From the NCBI GenBank assembly GCA_937905985.1, contig CALCWC010000026.1, forward strand, positions 24,376 through 88,375: a stretch of 64,000 nucleotides of DNA, read 5' to 3'. This DNA is from an uncultured Verrucomicrobiales bacterium (GTDB lineage Bacteria; Verrucomicrobiota; Verrucomicrobiia; Verrucomicrobiales; Akkermansiaceae). How positions within the stretch are numbered: position 1 is the stretch's first letter; each line of letters begins with the position of its first letter. Positions 27,677-35,497 of the stretch are shown here, in pieces. A program made the translations under genes and the position numbers. Below the pieces are notes generated by a model. It saw nothing but the letters and a program-made list of their open reading frames with translations. It ran no database searches and had not been told where the DNA came from.

Positions 27677-28571
27677 GGGCGGGAGGAAAAAGAAGGTGAA
27701 CTCGCAAGTCAAAGCGCTGGTTTGTGCCGTGGTGGCAAGCGTGCTAATGGGCACGCTGGGTGTGTTTGTGAAGGAGTCTCAATGCGCGGCGCAGACCTGT
27801 TCCTTCGTTCGCTTCGCCATCGGCCTGCTGCTGGTGCTGCCGCTTTTCCTGCTGCGCCCGGGAAGCAAGGCCTTTTCCTGGCAGTCGGCGGTGTCGGGCA
27901 TCGGCATCAGCCTGTGCATCCTGTTCTACTTCTACGCCATCTGCGGGCTATCCGTGGGCGTGGCGGCACTGCTGCTCTACACGGGGCCAGTGTTTGCGGC
28001 GGCGGGCGAGGCGGTGATACGGCGGCGCATGCCGAGCGCGCGTGATTTCCTGTTGATGCTGGCCTCTCTGGTGGGTATCGCGCTGGTGTGCGGGCCGAGC
28101 GTGGGCGCGGGCGGCCAGGCGCTGGATGTGGTGTACGGCATCCTCTCCGGCGTGTGCTACGCGGCGTATATCCTCTTCAACCGCCTGATTCCGGGCCACG
28201 TGACCATGCTGCAGCGCACCTTCTGGCAGTTTGTGGCGGGAGTGACCGTGCTGGCAGGGCCCTTCCTTATGCAGGGGAACCCGCTGGAGCATGTGGACAC
28301 GGGCTGGCCGTACCTCCTGTGCATCGGCGTGCTGCAGGGCTTCCTGGTGCTGCTGCTGGTGGCCTATGCCGTGAAACACCTCTCCGCCATCCGCTACGGC
28401 ACCATCGCCTATGTGGAGCCCGTGCTCGCCGTGGCACTCGGCTGGATGGTCTACCAGGACTCCATGAGCCCGCTGCAATGGCTCGGCGTGGTGCTGGTGC
28501 TGGCCGCCTCCGCCGCGCAATCCCTGCTGCCGCAGGAGCAAAAACCATCTTCCTCTCCACAACATGACTGA
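27675..28571 (+). CDS. EamA/DMT-family transporter
   Basis: About 10 TM helices in two EamA-like halves (VKALVCAVVASVLMGTLGVFVK...; ...AYVEPVLAVALGWMVYQDSMSPLQWLGVVLVLAASA). The start is either the ATG at 27675 or the GTG at 27696. Confidence 0.8.
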   Translation: MGGRKKKVNSQVKALVCAVVASVLMGTLGVFVKESQCAAQTCSFVRFAIGLLLVLPLFLLRPGSKAFSWQSAVSGIGISLCILFYFYAICGLSVGVAALLLYTGPVFAAAGEAVIRRRMPSARDFLLMLASLVGIALVCGPSVGAGGQALDVVYGILSGVCYAAYILFNRLIPGHVTMLQRTFWQFVAGVTVLAGPFLMQGNPLEHVDTGWPYLLCIGVLQGFLVLLLVAYAVKHLSAIRYGTIAYVEPVLAVALGWMVYQDSMSPLQWLGVVLVLAASAAQSLLPQEQKPSSSPQHD

Positions 28572-29595
28572 CCATCCTGAAAGCGAACCCTCCCTGCACT
28601 GCCTGGACCTCCATGCCGCAGGCGAGCCCTGCCGCGTGCTGCGCGACGCCCGACTCACCGCCGTGCCCGGCGCCACCATGCGCGAGCGGCTGGACTACGT
28701 GAAGGCGAACCTCGACGAGCTGCGCAGCGCTGTCATGCTGGAGCCGCGCGGCCACGAGGCCATGTTCGGCTCCATCATCATGCCCCCGGCCACACCGGAT
28801 GCGGACGTGGGCGTGCTCTACATCTGCCCCGGCGGCTACCTGGACATGTGCGTGCACGGCACCATCTGCACCTGCCGCGCCGCAGCCGAGCTTGGGCTGC
28901 CGCTGCACGACCCCGGCCGCGTGGTCATCGATGCCGTGTGCGGTCGCATCACCGGCGAGCTGCAGCGGGATGCACAAGGCAGGGCCAAGACCATCACCAT
29001 CCAGAACGTGCCGTCCTTCGTGTACACGCCAGAGCCGGTGATGCTGGAGGTGGCGGGCCTGGCGAGCCCGGTGCCGGCGCACGTGGTGTTTGCGGGCAAC
29101 TTCTTTGTGCTGGTGGACTACGCCGCGCTGGGGCAAACCCCCGCCCTGCTGGAGGACCACCCCGCGCGCAACCTGCAGGACTTGGGCATCGCCATTCGAG
29201 ATGCCGCCAACGCCGCCGTCAAGGTGGCACACCCCACCAACCCCTCCACCAACGAAATCACCCTCACCGTCCTCTACGAACGCAAGGGCGACACCCCCAA
29301 GCACATGCGCAACGCCGTCGTCTTCGGCGAGGGCCAGATGGACCGCAGCCCCTGCGGCTCCGGCACCTCCGCACTCATGACCCTGCTGCACCACCTGGGA
29401 GAGCTGGAGCTCAACCAGCAGATGATTTCGGAATCCTACATCGGCTCCGTTTTCCACGGCGAGCTGCGCGACGGCGGCACCGTCGGCCCCTACAACGCCG
29501 TCATCCCACGCATCACCGGCCAGGCCTTCCTCACCGGCCGCAGCGAATTCTTCCGCGAACCCGACGACCCCTTCCGCTGCGGGTTCTCCGTTTAG
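28564..29595 (+). CDS. Proline racemase / 4-hydroxyproline 2-epimerase family protein
   Basis: 343 aa. The start overlaps the EamA stop by 8 nt. Family hallmarks are present (LEPRGHEAMFG, both catalytic Cys contexts DMCVHGT and DRSPCGSGTSA), so a Cys/Cys racemase or epimerase type is expected. Confidence 0.85.
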   Translation: MTDHPESEPSLHCLDLHAAGEPCRVLRDARLTAVPGATMRERLDYVKANLDELRSAVMLEPRGHEAMFGSIIMPPATPDADVGVLYICPGGYLDMCVHGTICTCRAAAELGLPLHDPGRVVIDAVCGRITGELQRDAQGRAKTITIQNVPSFVYTPEPVMLEVAGLASPVPAHVVFAGNFFVLVDYAALGQTPALLEDHPARNLQDLGIAIRDAANAAVKVAHPTNPSTNEITLTVLYERKGDTPKHMRNAVVFGEGQMDRSPCGSGTSALMTLLHHLGELELNQQMISESYIGSVFHGELRDGGTVGPYNAVIPRITGQAFLTGRSEFFREPDDPFRCGFSV

Positions 29596-29614
29596 CGCCG
29601 CAATCCCATAAAAA

Positions 29615-29745
29615 ACGCTCGGACCCGTCTTCGCCAACCCGTCTCCGCTAAAGCTTCGCCGAGGCCTACGGGTGGAGCTCCAACGCCCGCTTACTAACCG
29701 CGCTCGTTGACACCAATTATTGCATACCCATTCTCGTCACGCCGT
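29615..29745. repeat. Fragments of the mosaic repeat families
   Basis: CCGTCTTCGCC...CTTCGCCGAGGC resembles the module at 2320 and 18781. CGCTTACTAACCGCGCTCGTTGACACCAATTATTGCATACCC is the reverse complement of the terminal module at 2227 and 21901. Confidence 0.6.
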
Positions 29746-29800
29746 AGCCCGCAGGGCGTAGGCGGAAGGCCCTTCCTAAAATTCATTGGGCACATGTGAA

Positions 29801-29825
29801 CCTACAGTATTCCCAATACTGTAGG
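29801..29825. promoter_or_regulatory. Palindromic operator-like site CCTACAGTATT-ccc-AATACTGTAGG
   Basis: Perfect 11-bp arms with a 3-nt spacer, 217 nt upstream of the PEP-CTERM gene at 30042. Confidence 0.55.
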
Positions 29826-29957
29826 TCAAGCCCAATCGCGCAAAAAATTGCCGTTCAGGCGTTTTTGTATCGGCAGGTTGTCTCTCATAGCCGCGCCGTC
29901 CCTCCCGCCGCCCCGCCGCAAACCCCGCCGCCACTAGGCTTCCCCGCCCTTGGCAAG

Positions 29958-29982
29958 CCTACAGTATTGGGAATACTATAAT
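29958..29982. promoter_or_regulatory. Second operator-like site overlapping a TATAAT box
   Basis: CCTACAGTATT-ggg-AATACTATAAT. The degenerate right arm runs into TATAAT (29977-29982), about 60 nt upstream of the ATG at 30042. No good -35 element is seen. Confidence 0.5.
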
Positions 29983-30041
29983 CATCGGCATGCGGGCACA
30001 ATTGCGTCCGTACCTTTATTAACCATCATCAAAGAACAACA

Positions 30042-31103
30042 ATGAAAAACACATTATACCTCTCAATCCTCGCTGCCGCCCTGATGGGTGGGCAGGTGTT
30101 CGCGGCGGATCCAATCCCCACCGCGCTGGAAGGGTGCAAGGCTGGAGAGAACAACTACTACTACGGCGCGTATAAAGACGACGGCAGCGATGCAAGCGGT
30201 GGCAATGTCTCCGTTTCCGCATCCGCAACTGGCTCCGACTTTAGCCATGCCTTTGTGGAGGGCGGCCGTTCCACCCAAGGGGGGGCCTCCAACAACAAAA
30301 TCACTATGACCGGAGGGCAAGTGCTTGTACTTACCGGGGGAGACGGAAAAACCTCTGCCTCCGGAAATACCGCCATCATGACCGGCGGCAGTGTAACCAT
30401 GATGTATGGCGGCCAGAGCATGAAAGACGCCTCTGGAAACATTGCCATTGTGGCGGGAGACAGCGTCGTAGGCACGCTTGGGGGCGGGTATATCATGATG
30501 GGTGGTGATGCCGCCAACGACAACAAAATCTATCTGGTGGGCAAAGGTGCCACCGCCACCATTGCCGATGCCCAAGGCAACAAGGCTGCATATACGGGCG
30601 GCGCAATCTCGTTGGGCAATGTTGCTGGTGGAAGATGCTCCGTTTCGGCAGGCAACTCCATTGACATCTACGGCACCGGCATTACCGTTTCTAATAGTGT
30701 ACTGAATACGCAGATTTTCAACTTCCACATTGCCGACGGGTTACGGCTCTCTCAGGAAGCCATGATTAGCATGACATCGAAGTACAATGGACTTGACCTC
30801 CCCGGGGTGAATCTGGGCTTCTACAACGATGACGTGCAGGACTGGAGCGCGTTCGACGGCCAGACCATCACGCTGGTGAGCACCGCCAAGTCCATCACGG
30901 TTGGGGAAGGCAGCCTGGGAGACGTGGAAATCAAGGGCGCGGATGGCGCGACGGTTGCCACGGCCACGCTGGGGCTGGGGAACGAGAATAAGAGCCTGGT
31001 GCTGAGCAACATCAAGGGCACGGCGCCTGTTCCCGAGCCGACCACAGGCACGCTCTCGCTGCTGGCGCTGGCTGGGCTTTGCATCCGCCGCCGGAGGAAG
31101 TAA
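30042..31103 (+). CDS. PEP-CTERM domain protein with autotransporter-like G-rich repeats
   Basis: Signal peptide MKNTLYLSILAAALMGGQVFA. Repeats of the form N-x-I-x-MTGG-x-V occur. The C-terminus is VPEPTTGTLSLLALAGLCIRRRRK. 353 aa. Confidence 0.8.
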   Translation: MKNTLYLSILAAALMGGQVFAADPIPTALEGCKAGENNYYYGAYKDDGSDASGGNVSVSASATGSDFSHAFVEGGRSTQGGASNNKITMTGGQVLVLTGGDGKTSASGNTAIMTGGSVTMMYGGQSMKDASGNIAIVAGDSVVGTLGGGYIMMGGDAANDNKIYLVGKGATATIADAQGNKAAYTGGAISLGNVAGGRCSVSAGNSIDIYGTGITVSNSVLNTQIFNFHIADGLRLSQEAMISMTSKYNGLDLPGVNLGFYNDDVQDWSAFDGQTITLVSTAKSITVGEGSLGDVEIKGADGATVATATLGLGNENKSLVLSNIKGTAPVPEPTTGTLSLLALAGLCIRRRRK

Positions 31104-31124
31104 GATTTACCTTGCAGGTATTTT

Positions 31125-31168
31125 CCCCGCCCCGCTTGGCTTTGGGCCTTGCGGGGCGGTTTTTTTTG
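31125..31168 (+). terminator. Intrinsic terminator
   Basis: Stem CCCCGCCCCGC pairs with GCGGGGCGG, followed by a T8 run (31160-31167). Confidence 0.75.
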
Positions 31169-31480
31169 ACACGCGGGGAGAGGGAATGAACGTCTATGCC
31201 ACCCCGCAATCCGCCAAGTGCGCGCCTGCGTACAAAGCCGCACCCCGCACGCTTTAAGCATGCGGGGTGCAACCCAACTTACTACCTATGAAACTCGGCC
31301 TTCCTGTCTAGCGGGATGCGAATGCTCTCTCCTTCATTCGCAACCGGAAGTACCGATGAAGGGTAGACACCGCCACCATTCAAACCGTTCAATCTTTGTT
31401 TCAGGGGCAAAAAAAGGGGGATGGGGAGGGTGCCCGCGCCGCCATGCGCGAGAATTCGCCCCATTGCAAATTTGTTGGGA

Positions 31481-31509
31481 TTGCCAAGCGGTTTTGTTTC
31501 TGCTACAAT
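31481..31509 (+). promoter_or_regulatory. Putative promoter of the polyprenyl synthase operon
   Basis: TTGCCA-17nt-TACAAT with an extended TGc. The -10 element ends 24 nt before the ATG at 31534. Confidence 0.55.
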
Positions 31510-31533
31510 GTCGGCCACCCGCCTATTCAGGCC

Positions 31534-32541
31534 ATGGCATTTTCATTCTTCAACAAGCTGCGCGACAAGAGGGAGCACCTGAAGCTCATCCGTGATGAGC
31601 TGGACAAGGTGCGCGCCGTCATTGCGCGCCAGGTAGAGCCTTTCGGACCCAGCGTCCGCCCGTATCTGGAGCACGTTTGCCGCGGGCGCGGCAAGCTCAT
31701 CCGCCCGGGGCTGGTGCTGCTCACCGCCGCCTCCACCGGCGGCATCACCGAACGCCACCTCACCTTTGCCGCCATGCTGGAGATGCTGCACATGGCATCC
31801 CTGGTGCATGACGACGTTCTGGACAAGGCGGACACGCGCCGCGACGAGCCGACACCGAACGCGCTGTGGGGCAACGAACTTGCGGTGCTGCTGGGAGATT
31901 CCCTGCTGGCCCAGGCCATGGTGATGGGCAGCGAGCTGGGCGACCTGCGCTTCATCCGCCGCCTGGCCCTGGCCACGCGCGACCTCTGCGAGGGCGAGGT
32001 GGAGCAGTCCACCCGCCTGTGGGACATGGAAATGTCGCGCGCGGACTACTACGAGCTGATCCGCAAGAAGACGGCCACGCTGTTCTCCATGGCCATGTGC
32101 GGCGCCGCCATGCTGCAGGAGATGGATGACGAGATGGTGGACCACCTGGAGCGCATGGGCACGCTGCTCGGCATTGCCTACCAAATCTACGACGACTGCC
32201 TGGACCTCACCGGCAGCGAGGATGTGGCCGGCAAGACGCTCGGCACAGACGCCGCCAAGGGCAAGCTCACCCTCCCCGTCTTCTTCCTCATGGAATCCAG
32301 CAGGGACGACGTGGCCAACTATGTGCGCCGCTGCGTGGAGCACCGCGAGGAAATCGACTTCTCCAGCCTGCGCGGCACAGATGCCTTCCACGAGGCCATC
32401 TGCCTGTCAGCGGACGAGGGCCGCGCGCGCACAGCGGAGGCTCGCGAGGTACTGTGGATGCTCCCGGAGAGCGATGGCCGCACCGCGCTCGCGGAAATGA
32501 CCTACCGTCTGGACGAGCTGCTGGACGAGTGCTGCAATTGA
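31534..32541 (+). CDS. Polyprenyl (hepta/octaprenyl) diphosphate synthase
   Basis: The ATG at 31534 gives a 335-aa product. The first DDxxD motif is LVHDDVLDKADTRR and the second is QIYDDCLD. GKTLGTDAAKGKLTLP is typical of long-chain trans-IPPS enzymes. Confidence 0.9.
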   Translation: MAFSFFNKLRDKREHLKLIRDELDKVRAVIARQVEPFGPSVRPYLEHVCRGRGKLIRPGLVLLTAASTGGITERHLTFAAMLEMLHMASLVHDDVLDKADTRRDEPTPNALWGNELAVLLGDSLLAQAMVMGSELGDLRFIRRLALATRDLCEGEVEQSTRLWDMEMSRADYYELIRKKTATLFSMAMCGAAMLQEMDDEMVDHLERMGTLLGIAYQIYDDCLDLTGSEDVAGKTLGTDAAKGKLTLPVFFLMESSRDDVANYVRRCVEHREEIDFSSLRGTDAFHEAICLSADEGRARTAEAREVLWMLPESDGRTALAEMTYRLDELLDECCN

Positions 32542-32571
32542 TTTTCATCCCCCGCGCCACCTACCGCCGGC

Positions 32572-34146
32572 ATGATTCAGGAGCTGGACATCCACCTGCC
32601 GCTTGCCGCTTCCCTGCGTGAGGACGCGCGCCGCAAGGCCGTGGCGCAATCCCTCCAAATCTCACCAAAGCGCGTGCTCGGCATGCGGCTGGTCAAGGAG
32701 AGCATCGACGCCCGCCGCCGCCCCGTCTGCAAGCAGCTGCGCCTGCTGGTGGGCATAGACGAGCCGCTGCCGCCCTACGAGCCGCCGCAGCGGCACTACG
32801 CGCCCGTGGCGGCGGATGCCAGGCGCGTGGTCATCGTGGGCAGCGGCCCCGGCGGCTTGTTCGCCGCGCTGCGCTGCCTGGAGCTGGGGCTGAAACCCGT
32901 GGTGGTGGAGCGCGGCAAGGACGTCTCCGCCCGCCGGTTCGACCTGCAGCCCGTCAACTGCCAGGGCTATGTGGTGGAGGATTCCAACTACTGCTTCGGC
33001 GAGGGCGGTGCCGGCACGTTCTCCGACGGCAAGCTCTTCACCCGCGCCACCAAGCGCGGCCCCGTCATGGAGGTGTACGAAACCTTCGTGGCCCACGGCG
33101 CCGCCCCGGAAATCCTCACGGACGCCCACCCGCACATCGGCTCCAACCGCCTCCCCAACATCATCAAGGCCATGCGAGCCTCCATCCTGGAAGCCGGGGG
33201 CGAGGTGCATTTCCAATCCCGCGTGGTCGGCCTCCTCAAATCCGCGGACGGCAAGCGCGCGCGCGGCGTGCGCACCGCCGACGGCACCGAGATTGCCGCG
33301 GACGCCGTCATCCTGGCCACCGGGCACAGCGCGCGCGATGTGTACCGCATGCTGCAGGCGGAGGGCGTGCGGCTGGAGCGCAAACCCTTTGCCGTGGGCG
33401 TAAGAATCGAGCACCCGCAGGCGCTGGTGGACGCCGCGCAGTACCACCTGCGCCCCGGCCAACCCCGCCCGGATGCCCTGCCCGCCGCCAGCTACACCCT
33501 GGCCACCAAGATCCGCGAGCGCGGCGTGCACTCCTTCTGCATGTGCCCCGGCGGGTTTATTGTGCCCGCCGCCACAGAGAACGATGAGGTGGTGGTCAAC
33601 GGCATGTCCCTTTCCCGCCGCAACTCCCCCTTCGCCAACTCCGGCTTTGTGGTCACCGTGGAACCGGAGGACACGGATGATTTCCTGCCGGAGCACGGCG
33701 TGCTCTCCGGCATTGCCTTCCAGAAGGCGCTGGAGACGGCCACCTCACGCGCCGGCGGCGGCATGATGAAAGCACCCGCCCAACGCGTGGTGGACTTTCT
33801 CGCCCACCGCGTCTCGCAAACTCTCCCCGCCACTAGCTACCACCCCGGCATCTCCCCGTGGGACCTCCATGCCCTGCTGCCGCGCGGCATTGCGGAACGC
33901 ATGCAGGAGGGGCTGCTCCTCTTCAACCGCAAACTGCGCGGATTCGCGGGAGAGGATGCCCTGCTCATCGGCTGTGAGACGCGCACCAGCTCCCCCGTGC
34001 GCATCCCCCGCAACCCTGATTCCCTTCAAAGCCCGGACCTGGAGATGCTCTTCCCCTGCGGCGAGGGCGCAGGCTTTGCCGGCGGCATCGTTTCCGCCGC
34101 CCTGGATGGCCGCCGATGCGCCGAAGCCGCCGCCGCTCTCCTCTAA
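32572..34146 (+). CDS. FAD-dependent oxidoreductase (COG2509-like uncharacterised dehydrogenase)
   Basis: 524 aa. Dinucleotide-binding motif VVIVGSGPGGLFAAL. CFGEGGAGTFSDGKL and FCMCPGG are typical of this family. Confidence 0.85.
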   Translation: MIQELDIHLPLAASLREDARRKAVAQSLQISPKRVLGMRLVKESIDARRRPVCKQLRLLVGIDEPLPPYEPPQRHYAPVAADARRVVIVGSGPGGLFAALRCLELGLKPVVVERGKDVSARRFDLQPVNCQGYVVEDSNYCFGEGGAGTFSDGKLFTRATKRGPVMEVYETFVAHGAAPEILTDAHPHIGSNRLPNIIKAMRASILEAGGEVHFQSRVVGLLKSADGKRARGVRTADGTEIAADAVILATGHSARDVYRMLQAEGVRLERKPFAVGVRIEHPQALVDAAQYHLRPGQPRPDALPAASYTLATKIRERGVHSFCMCPGGFIVPAATENDEVVVNGMSLSRRNSPFANSGFVVTVEPEDTDDFLPEHGVLSGIAFQKALETATSRAGGGMMKAPAQRVVDFLAHRVSQTLPATSYHPGISPWDLHALLPRGIAERMQEGLLLFNRKLRGFAGEDALLIGCETRTSSPVRIPRNPDSLQSPDLEMLFPCGEGAGFAGGIVSAALDGRRCAEAAAALL

Positions 34147-34192
34147 AATTGCCCTTCCTGCAAAAAAAAGCAGGAAAAAATTCTAAAATCTC

Positions 34193-34221
34193 TTGACAAC
34201 ACGCCCCGCCCTGCGTATACT
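34193..34221 (+). promoter_or_regulatory. Putative tRNA-Gln promoter
   Basis: TTGACA-17nt-TATACT. The -10 element ends 20 nt before tRNA position 1. Confidence 0.6.
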
Positions 34222-34241
34222 CCCGCCGTTCCAACCTACAC

Positions 34242-34313
34242 AGGGCTATGGTGTAATTGGCAACACATCGGTTTCTGGCACCGCTATTCGGGGTTCGAGT
34301 CCCTGTAGCCCTA
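34242..34313 (+). tRNA. tRNA-Gln(CUG), copy 1
   Basis: Cloverleaf folded by hand: acceptor stem AGGGCTA/TAGCCCT, D stem GTGT/ACAC with GG in the loop, anticodon stem CGGT/ACCG, anticodon loop TTCTGGC (anticodon CTG), T stem CGGGG/CCCTG with loop TTCGAGT, discriminator A. CCA is not encoded. Confidence 0.75.
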
Positions 34314-34323
34314 CTCTCAAAGG

Positions 34324-34358
34324 CCGCCCGCTCACTGAGCCGGGCGGTTTCCTTTTTA
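34324..34358 (+). terminator. Intrinsic terminator after tRNA copy 1
   Basis: Stem CCGCCCG pairs with CGGGCGG, followed by TTTCCTTTTTATT. Confidence 0.65.
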
Positions 34359-34451
34359 TTGCATCCAGATTCCAGGGGTATGTCTGAAACGCTGGTTGAC
34401 ACAGCGCAGCGGAGGCATACAATAGCTATAGAAGGCAAGTTCCCATAACAC

Positions 34452-35196
34452 ATGAACCGACATTCACTCGTTCCCTGCGAAGAAATCTGCCGTCGCCACG
34501 CCTCTCCCCACTCCTGGGTGGAAGGGCGCGACTTGGAGTTCAAATCCTCTGCAGAGAAAGATTGTCTCGGAACAGGGCCTCACTGGGCACAAGCAAATCC
34601 ACCAACTGCTGCCATACGTTCACGCCGCAGACTTGAGTGCGTGCCTTTCCCATCTGGTGGATAAGGGCTGCCTAAGCCGGGCGGGGAGAACAACTGCGGC
34701 CCAGTATAGCCTTGTGGCAGAATACAAAGGGCAATGCTGGAATGCGGATACCGCCCCCACGACAACCGCCCGAACTGCACCCGGCGCTTCCGTGGAGCAT
34801 TCCGGAGCTCTGGTCACAACGGAGGAAAGCTCTGGTCATAACGGGGCTGGGACTCTGGTCACAACGGAGGAAAGCTCTGGTCATAACGGGGCTGGAGCTC
34901 TGGTCACATACGAGTGGATGAAATCCCTGCCGTATTCATTGCCGGAGGCTGTTTGCCGGCAAATAGAGATTCTGCGCAGCAGGCAGCGGGTTTCCCTGGA
35001 GGAACTTGACGACGTGATTAAACAAATATGCGCGTGCGAATGGGTTACACTGCCCCAGCTCAGCCAGATGCTGGACCGCGCCCCCGGCTACTTGCGCAAG
35101 CGCAGCCTTCAATCATTGGTGCGCCACGGCCTGCTTTCCATGAAATACAAGGAGCCGACCCACCCAAAACAGGCGTACCATACCATTCCATCCTAG
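34452..35196 (+). pseudogene. Decayed AlbA_2/Schlafen-type ATP-binding regulator (COG2865-like) remnant
   Basis: One frame gives WVEGRDLEFKSS (the hallmark N-terminus of the AlbA_2 domain). A shifted frame gives ...HQLLPYVHAADLSACLSHLVDKGCLSRAGRTTAAQYSLV and a second wHTH ending ...KYKEPTHPKQAYHT. The ATPase core is missing and the stop abuts tRNA copy 2. Confidence 0.55.
34808..34912 (+). repeat. 45-bp tandem repeat (2.3 copies) inside the remnant
   Basis: Units start at 34808, 34853 and 34898 (ctctggtcacaacggaggaaagctctggtcataacggggctgg). They encode LVTTEESSGHNGAG twice. Confidence 0.85.
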
Positions 35197-35198
35197 AC

Positions 35199-35270
35199 AG
35201 GGCTATGGTGTAATTGGCAACACATCGGTTTCTGGCACCGCTATTCGGGGTTCGAGTCCCTGTAGCCCTA
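35199..35270 (+). tRNA. tRNA-Gln(CUG), copy 2 (identical)
   Basis: By my reading, 35197-35278 is identical to 34240-34321 over 82 bp. No promoter motif lies upstream. Confidence 0.75.
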
Positions 35271-35280
35271 CTCTCAAAAA

Positions 35281-35308
35281 CGTCCGGCTTACCCCCGGGC
35301 GTTTTTTT
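35281..35308 (+). terminator. Intrinsic terminator after tRNA copy 2
   Basis: Stem CGTCCGG pairs with CCGGGCG (one G-T pair), followed by a T7 run. Confidence 0.65.
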
Positions 35309-35497
35309 GCGCCCGTCTCAAATACCGTTGGCTGGCAGGAGCAATAACAAAGTTGCCTGCCCTATGCCTGAGGAAATCCCCTGCCGCCGGAGATGCAAAA
35401 AGCCGCGAAGCGGCAACGCAAGCCCGGGGCCGCCGAATCCCGGGAAGCCCTCAAACGCTTGGATGCGGCGTGTTGGAGAAGGGATGACGATGCTCTC

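Noticed and set aside
23278-27699. A 1473-aa plus-strand ORF spanning mutS and the TPR gene. Similar long antisense ORFs occur at 19550-21907, 7282-9120, 40553-42235, 39077-40540, 36038-36802, 53571-54560 and 56564-57436.
   Set aside because: These are shadow ORFs on the strand opposite well-supported genes. Their Ala/Gly/Arg/His/Val-rich composition is typical of antisense frames in GC-rich DNA, and no recognisable motifs are present.
31282-31518. A 78-aa minus-strand ORF and a 125-aa plus-strand ORF (31218-31595) in the spacer before the polyprenyl synthase gene.
   Set aside because: Neither has an RBS or promoter. Both overlap the predicted promoter or hairpins, and their composition is implausible.
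34155-34176. Hairpin TTCCTGC-A8-GCAGGAA after the FAD-oxidoreductase gene, considered as a terminator.
   Set aside because: The loop is an A-run and no T-tract follows on the plus strand, so terminator function is uncertain. It is left unannotated.
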